64,000 nt of DNA from Raillietiella orientalis (Eukaryota). The stretch covers positions 434,001-498,000 of the forward strand of contig JAYWIR010000036.1 of NCBI GenBank assembly GCA_036172245.1. Reading direction: 5' to 3'. This document shows, piece by piece, positions 23,101 to 36,960 of this stretch (position 1 is its first letter; every line of letters begins with the position of its first letter). The notes beneath the pieces were generated by a model. The model saw only the letters and a program-made list of their open reading frames with translations. It did no database searches and was not told where the DNA came from. A program made the translations under genes and the position numbers.

Positions 23101-26100
23101 ATCAGTTGAGTGCGAAGAAATGCCAGTTGCCTTCTAGGTAGGCGCTGGCAAGTGCCATCTACTCGCTCCCATGCTCCTCACGAGCTGCTGTTGCACGTCA
23201 ATTCATGCGAAGCACACGGGAAAGAAATTGTTCACCACTGAGAATCCAGACATTCTCCATCCCAGCGTGCACCAGGAACTTCATTTCTCAAGCTTGTCCG
23301 AACCGTCGACTAGAACCGAATTCCCCGAAAGACGTACTAGGACTCTGGGAACGTTCCTAGGGTCTACTCGCTTACCGACAGAAGAAGATTTTCAAGTGAA
23401 GAAGAACGCCGGTGGGTTGAGCCCCTATTTGCTTTACGAAGAGTCCGCATCCTGAGCTGATACGGAAATGAAGAGCAGAACCGAACGCAGGAATCAGAAC
23501 CGGTAACAAAAAAAGGAAACTGCTCGAAACCGAATCGAGTCCGCTCCCAGATTGGATGCAGCTTGCGGATCTTGCAAGAGAGCACAATAGAAGTACAACT
23601 TTTGTAGACTGCAGTCGCGGAACTCCATGCCAACGTCTCAACTCCCCTCGTTTGAAATCAACGGATATTTCTGCAGGCCTTCCTCCCCATCCATCATATG
23701 AACCGGTGCCACATCTTCATGATGACTCTCGGACGTGAGACGGCCATCAACGAGGGTGCATGGCGCGTGCCGGTTAGAAAGGCATTTAAACACCTTCCTT
23801 GCTTCGGGGTGTTGGCCTGCTGAAGACCGCCTAACCTTGATGAGGTTGCGTTTTCCTTGGCAATCGGAAACGCCGGCATCAATTCGCAACAGGTGTTCTA
23901 AGAGCAAGTTTGTGCACACGAAAGCCGCGACGGCAGCCACGGACCGCAACACGAAACTCTCTGACTTTGGGTCGAAGCAGCGACGAGCCCATGCAATCGC
24001 GTCGTGACGAGCAGCTGCGCCTGCGCAGTACCTTCTAAACTCGATGGAAAACGTCGGGGGCATCTTCGGATTCACGGATTTCAGCTTGCAAAACCACGAC
24101 GGTGTTCTGCATGATTTGTCCATCAGCTTCGGTGAGAGTCCAAGAAATCCATGGTGTATGAATGAATTTCGTATTCGCAATCGCGACTTTGGTACCATCC
24201 AAAATTTCTGATTGATAAGGTTGTTGCTGTCCAGCTGGAAATAAAGAAAAATTCTTCCCATAATCCAGAAATCGAAGTCGCCACGCATCCCCCATCAGGA
24301 GCGTCAACTCGGAAGCAACTCAACGGAGTACGCAGGAAGAGCGCACAAATTGGCAGGACATCGCTTTTCTTGACCCGTGTAAAGCTGGACAGGTCGAGGT
24401 CATTGATGATTTACTTTGGCTGAGGCAACCAAGGTATTTTTTTACGCCATGTGAGCCACTCTATGCTCCCTTCTTCTGCGGCGCGGGCCCGTTCTATAGA
24501 CAAATCCTTACGTCTTCGATTTGGGAATAGGGAAACTGGAAAAGCGATTAACGCGTTATCCAGCTACTCGGATGCTCAGCTTTGGGTGGAAATAGGTGAG
24601 AGCCACAGGGCTCGCGATTATTTCCAGAAAATGTTGCTGAGGCCACAACTGCTCCCATGCGGCGATAAACACACGGGCGCTCACCGTAATGTCATCTTCT
24701 CCCAGAGTGACTGTGTAAGTATCTGTATCGCTTCCAACATGCAATTTCGAAGTGCGTCCACTGAAGTTCTGGAAAGTGTACGAGTTTAATGGCAAATACC
24801 CTGGAAAGAACGGTATGTGATAAACCGGGATTTCGGGATTCCCTCTTACCGAATGTATTCTGAGTTGTCATTACTATGTAGTCGTATCTATCATGAAGGG
24901 CCATGGACACCAATTGCTGTGGCACTCCTATGTTCATTTTGAAATGAATGTACTGAAACGAATGATCATGGACTGCGGTCACCACAGTGCGGGGTATTCT
25001 GCAACGCGGATCGCACATTTCTTGTGCCCGAAGGCAAATGCTGTGCTCTCGCGCGTACGGAAGGAATCGGCGTGCGCAATTCTATGGCGACTGGCGCTCT
25101 ACTCGGGGCTGCGTTCGGACCGATGTGCTCGGCAAATCTCACATGAAAGTGAAGAAAAGGAAGGAAGCTGCCCGTGCTCTGCAGCACTCGATGGAGGAGA
25201 ATGCGGAAATGGCGGAAGAACGCGGACCGGGAAATCGGCGGCGCTGGGCCCGGATCTCCGTGATGCACTCGGCGTAAAGGGCGTTTGTGCAGACAGAAAC
25301 GGACTGCTGATGCTGTGCCTTCTCTGGGCCACAGAGACGATTTCCGTTTCCTGTGGCGCAAGCTGCTGCAGCCGCTGTCTCTGTTGCATTTTCTTCAGTC
25401 TTTGGCTGCGAACGCGGCTGCATGCAACCCTGCGTTTCAGTTAGCGATGCGATAGCCTGGTGGCTCCTTCCAGAGACGCACTTTCAGCTCAGGCTTCCCG
25501 GAAGGAAGCTTCACCTCCGAAGGGCAATCAATGCACATTTGACCGGATGCTTGCTCGAAGCGATCCGTGAGAAAAGATGCAAAAAGGCACAAAGTTCTTT
25601 TTTGGTCACTGCGAAGTTACGTGCAGATGGGAGCACATCATAGAAAAACGTAGACCTTCGCCGGAATCGGGCGGTGATTTGGGATAAATGCTTGAGCTCT
25701 TGGAAAGACACAGTTCTGAGGCAGAACGCTGTGACTTCCTCACTTTCGTAAAATGTGCAGTTCACTCGCATTTGGGGCTTTCAGGCAGAGAAGGGAAAGC
25801 GACTGAGTTTCTCACCTTTTTATCGTAGACGAGAGACAGTCTGATCCATCCGTCTCTTTCCTCGGGTGCTCCTCGCGCGCTCCGATTGCCAAGTCTCTTC
25901 TCCTGGGGTGACTCCATCTGCACAGCTCCACCTCCGTACTCTTTGGTATCCAACACGACGTAAGAGGGAGAGTGGAGTGCTCTACGATGACCAGAATCCG
26001 TGAGCCCCCCAGGCATCCCAGAATGAATGGAACACGAAATTCGGGAAAGCATATTCGAGCCCCCCAGTTTCGCCTGCTCCTGTCGGAGTTCATGACAACT

Positions 26101-26449
26101 GCTCCCAATTGCAATTCATGCTTGACCGTTAGGAAGAGTGCGCGTTCCGACCGTTTGCAAGATTTTCTCCGGCTGCGGGAAAGCTCTTCAGCTCAGGAGC
26201 ACCGGCGGGTGGAAACGAAATTTCGGAAGGAGCAGAAAGGTATGCATCAGTTCGAAGAGGCCGCCGTCCAAGTTGCGAGCAGCTCGTTCAGAGCCGAAAT
26301 GACTATCAGTCCATACTGAGAGTTGGATTCAAAGATTGAGGATTCGAAATGCAAAGCTCTCCTGTCAAAGCCTTTCTTTCGCCGTTCCACGGGACATTGA
26401 GGTAGCGAGGGTTCTAAATCAAGGCAGTGTGAAAGAAAATAGGCACTGG

Positions 26450-29400
26450 AAAAGCGCGAGATGCAAAACTCGAGAATTCACGGTATGCAGGTGAACCGGA
26501 AGCGGTCGGTCTGCGGATTTGAGGCATTGAGAGACCTCTGTGAATTTAGACTTTGCGAAAGTAATGTCCTCCTTGTCCATGGACGAACTAATGCTCATTA
26601 TGCGGAGCGAGGAAGTTTCGTGTCGCCTAAAGTGGACAATTTTGATAACGGAGAACTGATCCTTTGCAAAGAATCTGCCATCGGAAGATGACCTACCCGG
26701 ATGATCTATGAATTTAGATTAGAGGCAGATTTGCCACACTATCAATGACGTAGTGTTCGGACCTCAGGGGCCACTTTTACTTTGTAAGGACCTCATAAGC
26801 AACCGTTGGAAAGAAGGTATACAAGTGGATTGTTTAGCGGACAACGTTCCATTTCAAATCTATCAATCTGTTGTCTTTGCTCACTCCCATTGTGGGCATG
26901 AAGTCTTGGATGTGTGCAGAGTCAACTACTGAAGTGTGAGAGGACAAACGTGAGAAAAGCCCGCATTCTCTTTGTGTACCACTACGAAAGATGCGATTTC
27001 ATTTCGCTTTATTCTGAAAAAAATTTTTTCCTTTCTCCCTATTCGAGACTGAAAATAGGCATGAAGCGCGCGACGATAGCCATTGCAACATATGGCGGAA
27101 ATTTGCTACAGCAGCCAAGAAGAAGCATAGAGGGCAGAATGCAAGAACGCACCTTTGCGGATCTCCATAGATAAAGGAGACGTGTAGTACCAGAAATCCC
27201 AAGAGCAGCAACTTCATGATCGTTCTGCCGTTCTCCGTTTGCTGCTGAAGAAGAAGGTGGGTGACTGGAAAGACAAGAAGTTACTGGATGTGGAGATCAA
27301 ATTTCGAACATGCTGTCCCTCGCTCATGATGCAGTATAGGAAACTCTGGGAGTCGGAGGGCTACGCCTCAGCTGCAATGGAAGCTACTCGAAGAGGCATC
27401 AGGGATTTTACTTCTTCCAGAATTCTCATGAGGGCTCTTATAGGAACAACTCAAGAAACTTTCATCGCCTGGCACAAACAGAAATCGAGAACGGCTTGAA
27501 AGCACCAATCACAGGTTCCATGATTCAGTGCATCCCATTTTCCGAAAGTGATCTTCCCTTGGTTTGCATGTCCTGGTGGTGGATTGAGTCCAAGAAACGA
27601 ATATCTTGCTTTTGTCTTCTGCCTTTCCATTCTCTTGGGTTGTGAGGCTACGAGGCCGCCATCTCTGTATCTAGAAAGAAGGATTTGCGTCGCAATCCTC
27701 CACCACCAGCAGTATGGAAACCGTTGCCTCTTCGGGGGCGCCAAAATCGTACCGCTCACAACGCTGCGATCCAGGCGAAATCGTCTTCATTGCAGTAGAA
27801 ACATTTGCTCCTGAGGATTTTGCCGAGAATGCTAAATTTGTGTCTCTTCGCGATACGTTCTACTTCTATCTCAGTCCACGAGGAACTGCCACTGAATTCA
27901 TCCACACAACCCTGTGTCCATAAATCTACTCAAGTATGGGTGGAAATTTCTGAATTAACCATTTAGCGGAAATCGCTTTATCTGAGATGACTTTGTAACA
28001 GAAAGAAGCTGCTTTATGGTCGCATTTCAGGAACCTATTGTGACATGGCACAAAATTCGAAGCCCGTACCTGATGTGTGCCTTCCACCAAACGACTCCCG
28101 TGATATGTGCCACCACAAGAAGGGGACAGCATGCAGCAGTGTTTCCTTCAACGCGGATGCAGGGAACCACACAAACCGTGCTCAGGAAGGAAGGCGATCT
28201 GAGGAAAAACTGCATGTGTAGAAAGGCGTCTTTATCGAAACCCTCAGACCATTATTTGGCAATTCTCCGTGACAACAAGGAAGCAAATCACATAGATCTT
28301 TTGCAGCTGTGCATCGCTAATGTGGGACTCCGCTGAGGCTGCTTTACTGACATGTTTTCCTTCCGCATAAATTGGGCTTTGTTCCATGGAAAAATTTTCT
28401 GCGCACATTCTTCAAAGTTTTCATTCGCCAAGCAACAGCCTTCTCATGTGCGACTTCTTCAATATGCATAAGCTGGCCTCCGGTTTCTCTTTGCGCCAGA
28501 GTGACCGACTCCTGAAGACCTTCCGTTTGCTTTTGGAAATGCTAATTCCTCAAGATTATACCCAGCTGTCAGTGTGGACATAGGAGTAGCTGATCGGTGC
28601 TTGAGACGAGCGATGCGTTGGGCAGTGCAACGGAAGACACGATTGGAAGTGGATCATGTCTTCTTCAGGTCACTAAGCAAAGCGCGCAACTTTGTAGAGC
28701 TCTCTTAGAGGAAAACTTGCGTCAGTTTGGTCCCTACACTCAAAGGTCATTTTTTGGGGGGGATCTTCTCCTCAATTTGATTTGGTGCTAACATTTTTCT
28801 AATTTTGCAAAGGATTTTTTTCTTTGTTTTCTTCGCAAGAAGTCAGTTTAGGAGGAAACAAGGCACGAGGCATTTCTTATGCACACGAGCACAGTAGAAC
28901 AATATCCGTTGTTTGAATGCCCCCTGCTGTACAACATCACCAGTAGTAACACACCCACGAGCAGTTCAAAGAGTCACGCAAACCCATGTGACCTATGGAG
29001 CATCCATCGTTCTCTGAACCCTCGATCTGGTCTTCGGACACCATTCGTTCCTTTGCAATGGAAGCGGATGAGCACATAACAGTGATTGTGCATCTGCTCG
29101 TACAAAGTGGAAGCTCCAAGGACACGAGCTGCAACATTGGTACAAACCGCGAGCTTCGGAGTTTTCAGATTCGCAGTTTGTGAGATTCCAAGCCCCATTC
29201 TGTGTTTTCAGAAACACTGTTCTGAATGTAGGGCGCCATTCTTTTCATGCTCTTGTGCATGTGCCTCATTCAGGAGATGCAGGTTGCGATCTTCTCATTC
29301 CATATGTCCATTGTAATCAGCGTATTATTGAAGGCTAACCATTGCATGGATACCAGCAGTACGGACGCTGATCTTATCAACCTCCGTGTGAAATTTAGGC

Positions 29401-30300
29401 AATCTGAATACCTGATTGTGGAGAAGAGCATAACCAGGTTCCAGAATTTTAAGAATGCAACAGAGTGCCTCTTTTGGTTTTCCTTCGAAGAAGACTAGCA
29501 GCAGTAACCACATTCTTAAGAAATTAATGCACAACGCTGCAGAAGAATATCTCTGATTCCAGATCGCCTTTGCACGAATGGTTGGAATCTTTCCCATATG
29601 TTATTGAAGACGTGCAACGAAATCTTCCTCTGTGAGGGAGAGGCCAATACCTGTGAAGAATTTTCAGTTTGTTTGATTGCATCTGGGTTCCTTGAGGAGC
29701 AGGGATTCTGAGCGTGTCGCTGAGTGCATCGGTGGACTAGCCGGCATTGTGGAGCATGAATTTTGGATTTCTCCACTCTACAAGGATTCACCGTGTCCTA
29801 TGAAAAGTATAGCAGAGCGCAAGTTTTGATTGCAATGACGAAACTTCCTGCTTGCAAAGTTGTAACGGCAATTTAGATGATTGAGTGGCAGCAATTTCGA
29901 AACAAGATTCCGAGCCACTCTTTCGCCAAACTCTACTCACATTACGGATATTTTTAGGAAATATCTTTTCTTCTGCTGTCCTCGATCTCTGCAACTTCCT
30001 TCCAGAGCAACAAACTTTCTGTTCCGAAATACTTCTTTTTACTGCATGATGTGACTTCATTTCGATGCTTTTACTCCGAGCATAAGAATACTGGGACACA
30101 CCTTTCTCCTCGCTCCTGATGAAGTGGTCCCCGGATCTGCAGTGGTGTCTCTCTGCGTCAAGGGTTGATGAAAGCAGTTGTTTATGCACAAGATCGCAAA
30201 CGCATCCACCAGAAGTTCCGATTCTTTAGTTTCGCCTATTCTTGTAACCAACGCGCGCTGAGAATAATCTTTAAGTGTGGTTGCATTTTGATGAGCTTTC
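26450..30300 (+). pseudogene. Putative decayed bunyavirus-like L (RdRp) gene (endogenous viral element); tentative
   Basis: NDVVFG and LTPIV..CAESTT (endonuclease-like), LRKK../GGN (motif F-like) and CASARTKWKLQGH (motif A-like) in the expected order; motifs B and C not seen. Confidence 0.35.
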
Positions 30301-31529
30301 TTTGCAGTGAGAATGTTTCACCAACTGGATGGCATACATCAACATCCTCTTCCCCGGACCCAACTGGAAGACCTGGTGACGCCGCTCCGGGATGTCGGAT
30401 TGGACACCTTGTCCATCCACAAGATCAAAGGACTGTATCGCCCTCCGAGCCCTTTCGGATCGACTCTTGTTGATCCTAGAAATCCCAGCAGGAGACCTCA
30501 AGAACATTTTCTGGCGCCTCTTCATGCGTGACTCCCTGCCGCCAGCCGCATCTCTAGCAGTTCTCTCCTGTGTACGCGAAATCGTGGCAACCTTGAACGT
30601 AAGAAGAGGTCAAAATTGCAAGAATGCTATCCACCAGGAGGAAATCTTTTCTTGAAGACCGCTTCCCGATGACCTCACAACAAAAAAAAGTAGAACTTGT
30701 CAGCATCCTGAAAAGGATGCAGAGGACGTTTCCTGGAGAACTGTAATCCCCGCCTCCCCTCTCCAAGAAGCATCCTCCCCTTTTCTTTCCCTTCTTTGTT
30801 TGTTTGTTTTTTTGTGGTTTTCACTCCTCCTTCGTTACTTGAGTGGACCTCACCGGTCTGCGTACCGGTTTTTAGCAAGTCCTTTGCGCGTGGTAGAACC
30901 TAATGTTCTGCCACAGAAATAAAGACTTTTATTGCAATTTTTTATAATAAATGCCCCGCCAAATCAACGTGAAAAACCACTCATCAGCTTCCGCTTTCCT
31001 GCGATCTCACAGGAAAGTTCCCACCACGGCATTTGGCTGCTGTGAAGTGCCCTCAGGAAGGGCATCGTGGTAGCAAGAGGGGTCATCTCCGTCCGCGCGC
31101 TCATGCTGGAACACTCCAAAATCTTTCGCAGCGAGCAGCGGGCGCAGTTGCCGAGTTTCAGGCAGTCCCGGATCCCTGTGCTCGGCTCAATCTTCGCCCA
31201 CGTTCCAACTGTTCCTTCTAGCCGGGCGCTAGAGTTGGTGGGACAACAGATCATCCAGCCATTCTCCTTCTCCAGGGTGACCCACACATCCGAGGGGTCC
31301 TGGAAAGGATGGACCTTCCTCCCAGTGGTTAGTGATCCCTTCCCGGCCCTCCAAAATTCTTTCTTTTTTTTTTTTTGGTTTTATTTTTATTTATTTATTT
31401 TCGCCTATCCCCTTCCGCTGCCGAGGAGAGTCGCGCCGGTCTGCGTACCGGCTACCCGGCAGGTCCTGTGTTGTGTTGACCGTAGTGGGGACTAGTACCA
31501 CAATCTGTAGAGAATTTTAATAAACGCCC

Positions 31530-34150
31530 CTACGTGACCGGGTGGCAACCCCAAAGCCGGAGGGGAGGCGGTCTACAGGGAAGGTTTCGCAGAACCCTCG
31601 GACCGAGCGCTTCAGAGCGTCCCAGTCCTCGAGTCTCTGCATTGCTGCTCCTCGCAGGAAGCCACGGGGGTGCTCCACGGCCTCGGGGAGATGCATCCAG
31701 TCTCCCGATATACACCACGCGGAGGACGGGAGGCCTTTCTGGCGTGGCAGCATTTCAAACTCAACTCGAGGGTGATCTGACAGCTCCGACGGCATCCTGA
31801 CCCGGCGACCCACCCGCGCGTGCAGGTGCTCGTCGAGGAAGACGTGGTCGATGCTGTTTTCCGCCTCCCGGTCGCCGTCAAACAAGTTGCGCGCGCGCAC
31901 GTTGACGTGGTGGAGTTCGGCGATGTTCCCACCTGAGAGCAGGAGCATGTAATCAGGTGCCTGCAATTAAAGTCGCCTGCACAATCAGGTGGGCCTTGCA
32001 CATGCCGGTGTCATCCAGGCATCCACGCTGCAGGGAGTCGAAAAAGTCTTTGTGTTCCATGCACAGGTGGGAGCAGCTCGGCGCATAGATGTAGGTAACG
32101 ACTAGGTCGATCGAGTCGGACCAATTGAGTACAAGCTGGCCGACCCGACCTTCCGCGTCGAACCGTACGCTGTGCACCGCGCACATGAAGGCTGGCTTCA
32201 ACAGGAAGGTCACCCCTTGCGATTTACGGGTGCCGCACTGCCAATGCAGCCTTCCGCCCGCGATCCGTTCGAAGTCGGCGGCATCCTCGTCGGAGATCAG
32301 TGGATCTCTTGGAGGAGCGCCAAGGCGAAGTTTCGTAGGGCGTTGGCTTTGTCGCGTCTTTTCCCGACGTCGTGCAGGCCGTTCCCGTTCCAAACGTCCA
32401 CGCGCAAGCGACGGGAGGACGCGACTTCGCGTATCACTGCTGACAATCTGGCAGTGCGTCCCCCTTCTGACTTGCAGGGGCACGTTCCCGCTGGGAGAAG
32501 GCATTTCCCGGACTTCCGTGGCGCGCCCTATGCCCTCCTTACCTTGCAACGGGAAGGGCGGGTCTGTCTCCACGGAGGAGACCCGTGAGCCTTACTCCAT
32601 TTTCTCTGTATCAGAACCAGCGTCGTTCTTCCCTTGCAGGGATACTTCCCTGTGGACCGCTTCGGCATGGCGCGCGGACGTGTGGCGTGGTCCCTGTACG
32701 AGAAGCACCGGTTCGCCTCTACTTCGGAGATCGGGCGGAGAGATACTTTAGCGGTGGACCTGCGTATAGCGTCCGGGGCGACTCTCGCGGCCGCGCGCGG
32801 CATGACGCTGGGACGCTTTCTAGAGGCTGGCGGGAGGTTTGCAGGGCTTCCGCTAGGCACCGCTGGTGGAGCGCCGTCGAGGTCAACAACTTGACGACCT
32901 GCATGTTGCAGGTCCCGTCCATCGTGCTCTCGGTCGCAGGTGGTCCGACCTTGTCGCTGTCCGTAGGAGGTGGGACGGTGCGCTGAGCCGCAGTTTCCAT
33001 GCTTTTTTTCTTCTCGAGTCGTGGAATGACTTCGCGATCCATCTGCGGTTTCTTTCCCTTGCTTTTTTCCCCTTTTTGTTTTTTCCGATAGATGCCTGCA
33101 CCCAGCCTGCTTCCTCTTTCCCCTCCTCGGCTTCTACATGGCTGCTTGCCGCAGGTGCAGGGTGTGGTGGATGCCGTTGGTTGCGGGTCACCTTCCGGAA
33201 TCGCTTCCGATGCGGAATCGGCTGCGAGCGCTCGGTTTTCTTATAGATTTTTTTATTCTTTTTATTTTTATGTTTTTTGTTTTCGCTCTTTTTTTTCTTC
33301 TTGTTGTGGCCGACGCATGTTTGACTGGATGGCGGCCACGAACAGGCACACGAATTGGATGTGTCCTTTCGCACCGCAACGCTAGCACTCGATGTCGTGG
33401 CACCCCCTTTTCCGGTGCCGCGACTTTCCACAGTGGGCGCACACAAGGGGCTTCCCTTCGTCCAATCTGTGGGGTAGCGTTCCCCCTTCGCGAACGGTAA
33501 TGCGTGCCGCTGTGAGGCCACTGATCAGACCTACTGGTCCCTGGTATGCAGGGAAGACGCAGGGCTTTACCCACTGTGCGTGCACCATCGCGAACTCCTC
33601 CAGTTTCCGGTGGACCACTTCCCTATTCATCCTTACCGTAATGCTGGTGAGGTGCACGATCAGGAAACGGTCCTCCATTACGGGAAGAGCTAGCGCCCTT
33701 TGATCACGATCGGGGTTCGCAATAGTCGCTGGGCCAGGCTAGCGTCCTTGCAAGTCACCTCAATGACCCTTCCCCCGGCCAGAACGGAGAGCACGCAAAG
33801 CCCTTCCGATTTTATTTGCAGTCGATGCAGCTCATCCGAGAAGGACCGCCGCGACCACAGGGTCATACAAACGGTCTACCTTATATCTCAGTCATGGATT
33901 TCAGCCTGAGACGTGGTAGACCTGCTCTTCGGTAGCAGCCGCAGGCAAGGGTGCCGCAGAATCATGCTCCACGTCTTTCTGCTGAGGGAAGACGACCCTT
34001 CTTTGGAGGGGACAGCGTCCACCTCCCTCTCTCCGAGTGGTCGAGCTTCCGCCCCTCCTCCTAGGGAGGTCTCAGCTGGCCTGTTAGGGTCCGAGGCCAT
34101 CGGGCAACCGCCAAACACTTCCACACACTTCGCAGGTTATTAACCTCACG
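31530..34150 (-). mobile_element. Decayed L1/Tx1-like element: ORF1 (RRM + zinc knuckles) and APE endonuclease; RT missing
   Basis: CAHCGKSRHRKRGC and CGAKGHIQFVC knuckles; GVTFLL, YIYAP, GDFNC, IDHVF, SDH. Confidence 0.8.
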
Positions 34151-35859
34151 GAGCGCGCAGATGCACGTCCGATCTATGCGGCGCCGTGATCGCAACCATG
34201 GGTTGCATTCGTGCCATCGTCAGGTCCCGACGTGTGCTGGAGAGAAACACGCAGAGAAGGGAGGTCAGCAGGACGGCAGCCGCCCATATGAGGATAGCCG
34301 CGAGGTGGTCTCACCTTGAAGAACTCAAGGAGAGGATCGCCGGCATCCAGAGCCGGTTTTAGGAAAGCCGGACACCGGTGATCCTTGTCCCTTACTTCCT
34401 TTTAGTTTTTTTCTCATTTCTTATGACCCTTATACCTTTTTTTCTTATTCCTTTGCTCCGTCACTTCCCCAGTGGTTTTTCGTTTTGATCCCGGTGCACA
34501 CGGAGCGAACCCAAAGATCCTTGCCCAATCCCACCAGGTTAACTTTATTTTTTTGTTGTCCCGGCTCCCCTTCTCCGTTCTGGACTTTTGGTTGCCCCGA
34601 CGGCGTGTCCGCCCTTGAAAGTTTTTTGTCTTCGGTTGGGAACTCTGCTCCAACTGGTTCGTTTCTTTGTAAAATAAACGCCCAGGCATGACCGGGAGAA
34701 ACACTTCAATGCGCGGACGGGTCCTCTTGTCTCTCCGTCTAGCCGCTTTCTAGTTGGGCTTTGTGTTGGTGCTGGACTTGTCTTGAAGGTGGTCAGTGAG
34801 CAAAAAGCTATCGATGTCAGCGAAGTAGTCGTTCCTGCCGTTCCTGTGGTGGAATTGATGGCTGCCTCCACTTCGACTTCCTTGCTGCTGGTGAGGAGCT
34901 TCACTGACGTCGCTGCCGTCTCGATGACGCAAGGAGCGGCTCCGGACTCACTGGAGTTGCGGTCTGACGTTGTAGACAGCAGTGTCGCTCCCTGGGGCAA
35001 GGCGACCCTTTTCCCGAGCGCTTTGTCCGAGAAACAGAACGACTGCATTGAGTTGCACCGCATCGAGTGGTAAAGGAAAGCGTTCACTCCTTGACGCCCA
35101 CAAGTGACCAGGAATGCTGGCGACTGATCTCCTGATGCAACGTTTGTTGCGCACCCCACTTAACATCGAGTGGAATAAAATCGTTCCCTCTTTTGATGAC
35201 CGTTCGTTTCTGAGTCCACTTGAGTGGTGTGGAAATGCTCAACACAGGCCAAGAGATCATCAAGGTCAGTTCGCCACCGTCCACGCATTGTGGAGGAAAC
35301 CGAACCATGCAGGAGGGTGTGGGGACTTCCACAGTGGGCTTGCGGCTGTGGAGAATCGCAAGGCACGCCCCACACGTTCGAGGTGAACGACACATGACGA
35401 CTTGGACCGCACAATTTCGCCGTCACGACGGAAGACTGCATTCCGTAGGCCGATGAGAGTATGTGCTCTGCGGTCCCCAATGTGGAAAGTTGTCCCTGTC
35501 TTTCGGATATTGCCAGGTGAAATTGCATACTGAAATTCTCTAAGGAGACTGTCGTTCCGGGAACTGTGTTGGCGTTCCACATTCTTCCTGGATCGTTCCC
35601 TCGACTTCATTTGCTCCCTTTCCCGAAATGCGACCTTTAGAGCGAAAACAAACTTCATTTTCGAAAAGTGCTCAACTTGTATGGTAGTTGCTCTTTCCTG
35701 TGCTTCTGGTGAAAGTGTTGAAGTGCTTGAAAAACTCCAATGATTTTCTGTCTCTCCTGAATTGGTTTGCAAGGCTGCCAGCACAGAACTACATTTCAGC
35801 TGTTGACTAAAGGTCGTTGATGTAGATCTCCGGAAGTAGTCCTTGCAGTATATCTTTCT

Positions 35860-36960
35860 CAGTCGTTGGATCTAGATGGTAATCTTCTGCACTTCCGGCA
35901 ATCAATGGCTTTGTCAGCGTCTTCCGCACTTCCAGCAGTCTCTGTCTCTGCTACGGTTTTCCGCGCCTTTGGCATTCGCTGGAGTCCCAGGCGCAGCAAA
36001 GCGAGGTCGCTCTCATAGCGACCGCCTTCCTGAGGGCGGCTGCGCTCTGGTTCACTTCTCACGCATCGGTTTGCCGCAGGAGTCACACAATGCTGCCCGT
36101 TGACCTCCCATCTTTTGTTCCGGCGCGAGTTTCCACCTATAGGGCGAAAATTCTCCATGAACTGGAGATCGGCAGAAGGAACGTCGACATCTGGTTTGTG
36201 AGGAAGCCCAAAGTTTGCAGCGAGTGCGGCGAAGCGGAACACCCCAAGAGAGTTGCCAGAAGATCGAGTGCCGCCGGCTGCAAACAACCTGGACACATCA
36301 GGCGGGCATGCCCGGCACTCGCAGCAGAGTCCTCTCGTTCCAACTTCGAGCAGCATGCGACCCCGACCCGATCTCCGTGTTACAAGAGACCGTCACAGAG
36401 GCAAGGGAAATAATTCTGGAGAGGATCTCGACGAATAAGGCGCCTCTGGGACAGCGGTGTTTAGGAAGGCACAGAGCGAACGTCAGCACAAGCGCCTCCG
36501 GATGCGCATGGAGGAACTCGCTCTCCATACGCAGAAAAGGTGGAAAACTCGACCCACTCAAGCGGAAAGCAGGTGGCGCGTTGCTCTGCACCAACCTGGC
36601 GGAAACGCGAGATCGTCATTGAACGGTGCGACGATGCCACCCCTTTGGTCGCGTCCTCATTCGTCGTGCACAAGTTAGCGCAACCGAGGACGCGACTGCA
36701 CGAAAGCGTTGCCTACGGCGACAAATGGAAACCAGTGAATCGCCAGCTTCGGACTCCGAGAAGGAGTCGGATTCCGTTGCGGCCACGGGTCATGCTCCAT
36801 CCATTGCGCGAAAGCGCAAGCCCAAGGCGCGTAGCCGCGAGCCGATGGAGAAAATGCACCAGGAAGAGGTCATGGGAGTGGTCTCACGCGACACCTCCAA
36901 GGAAGTCTGAATCCGAGAGCGCCAACCCTGCGGTCAAAGGCACGAGTTCACAAGCGACCT
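35860..36960 (+). mobile_element. Decayed LINE ORF1 fragment (zinc knuckles); another ORF1-like remnant lies on the minus strand at ~34740-35850
   Basis: KPKVCSECGEAEH and CKQPGHIRRACP. Confidence 0.6.
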
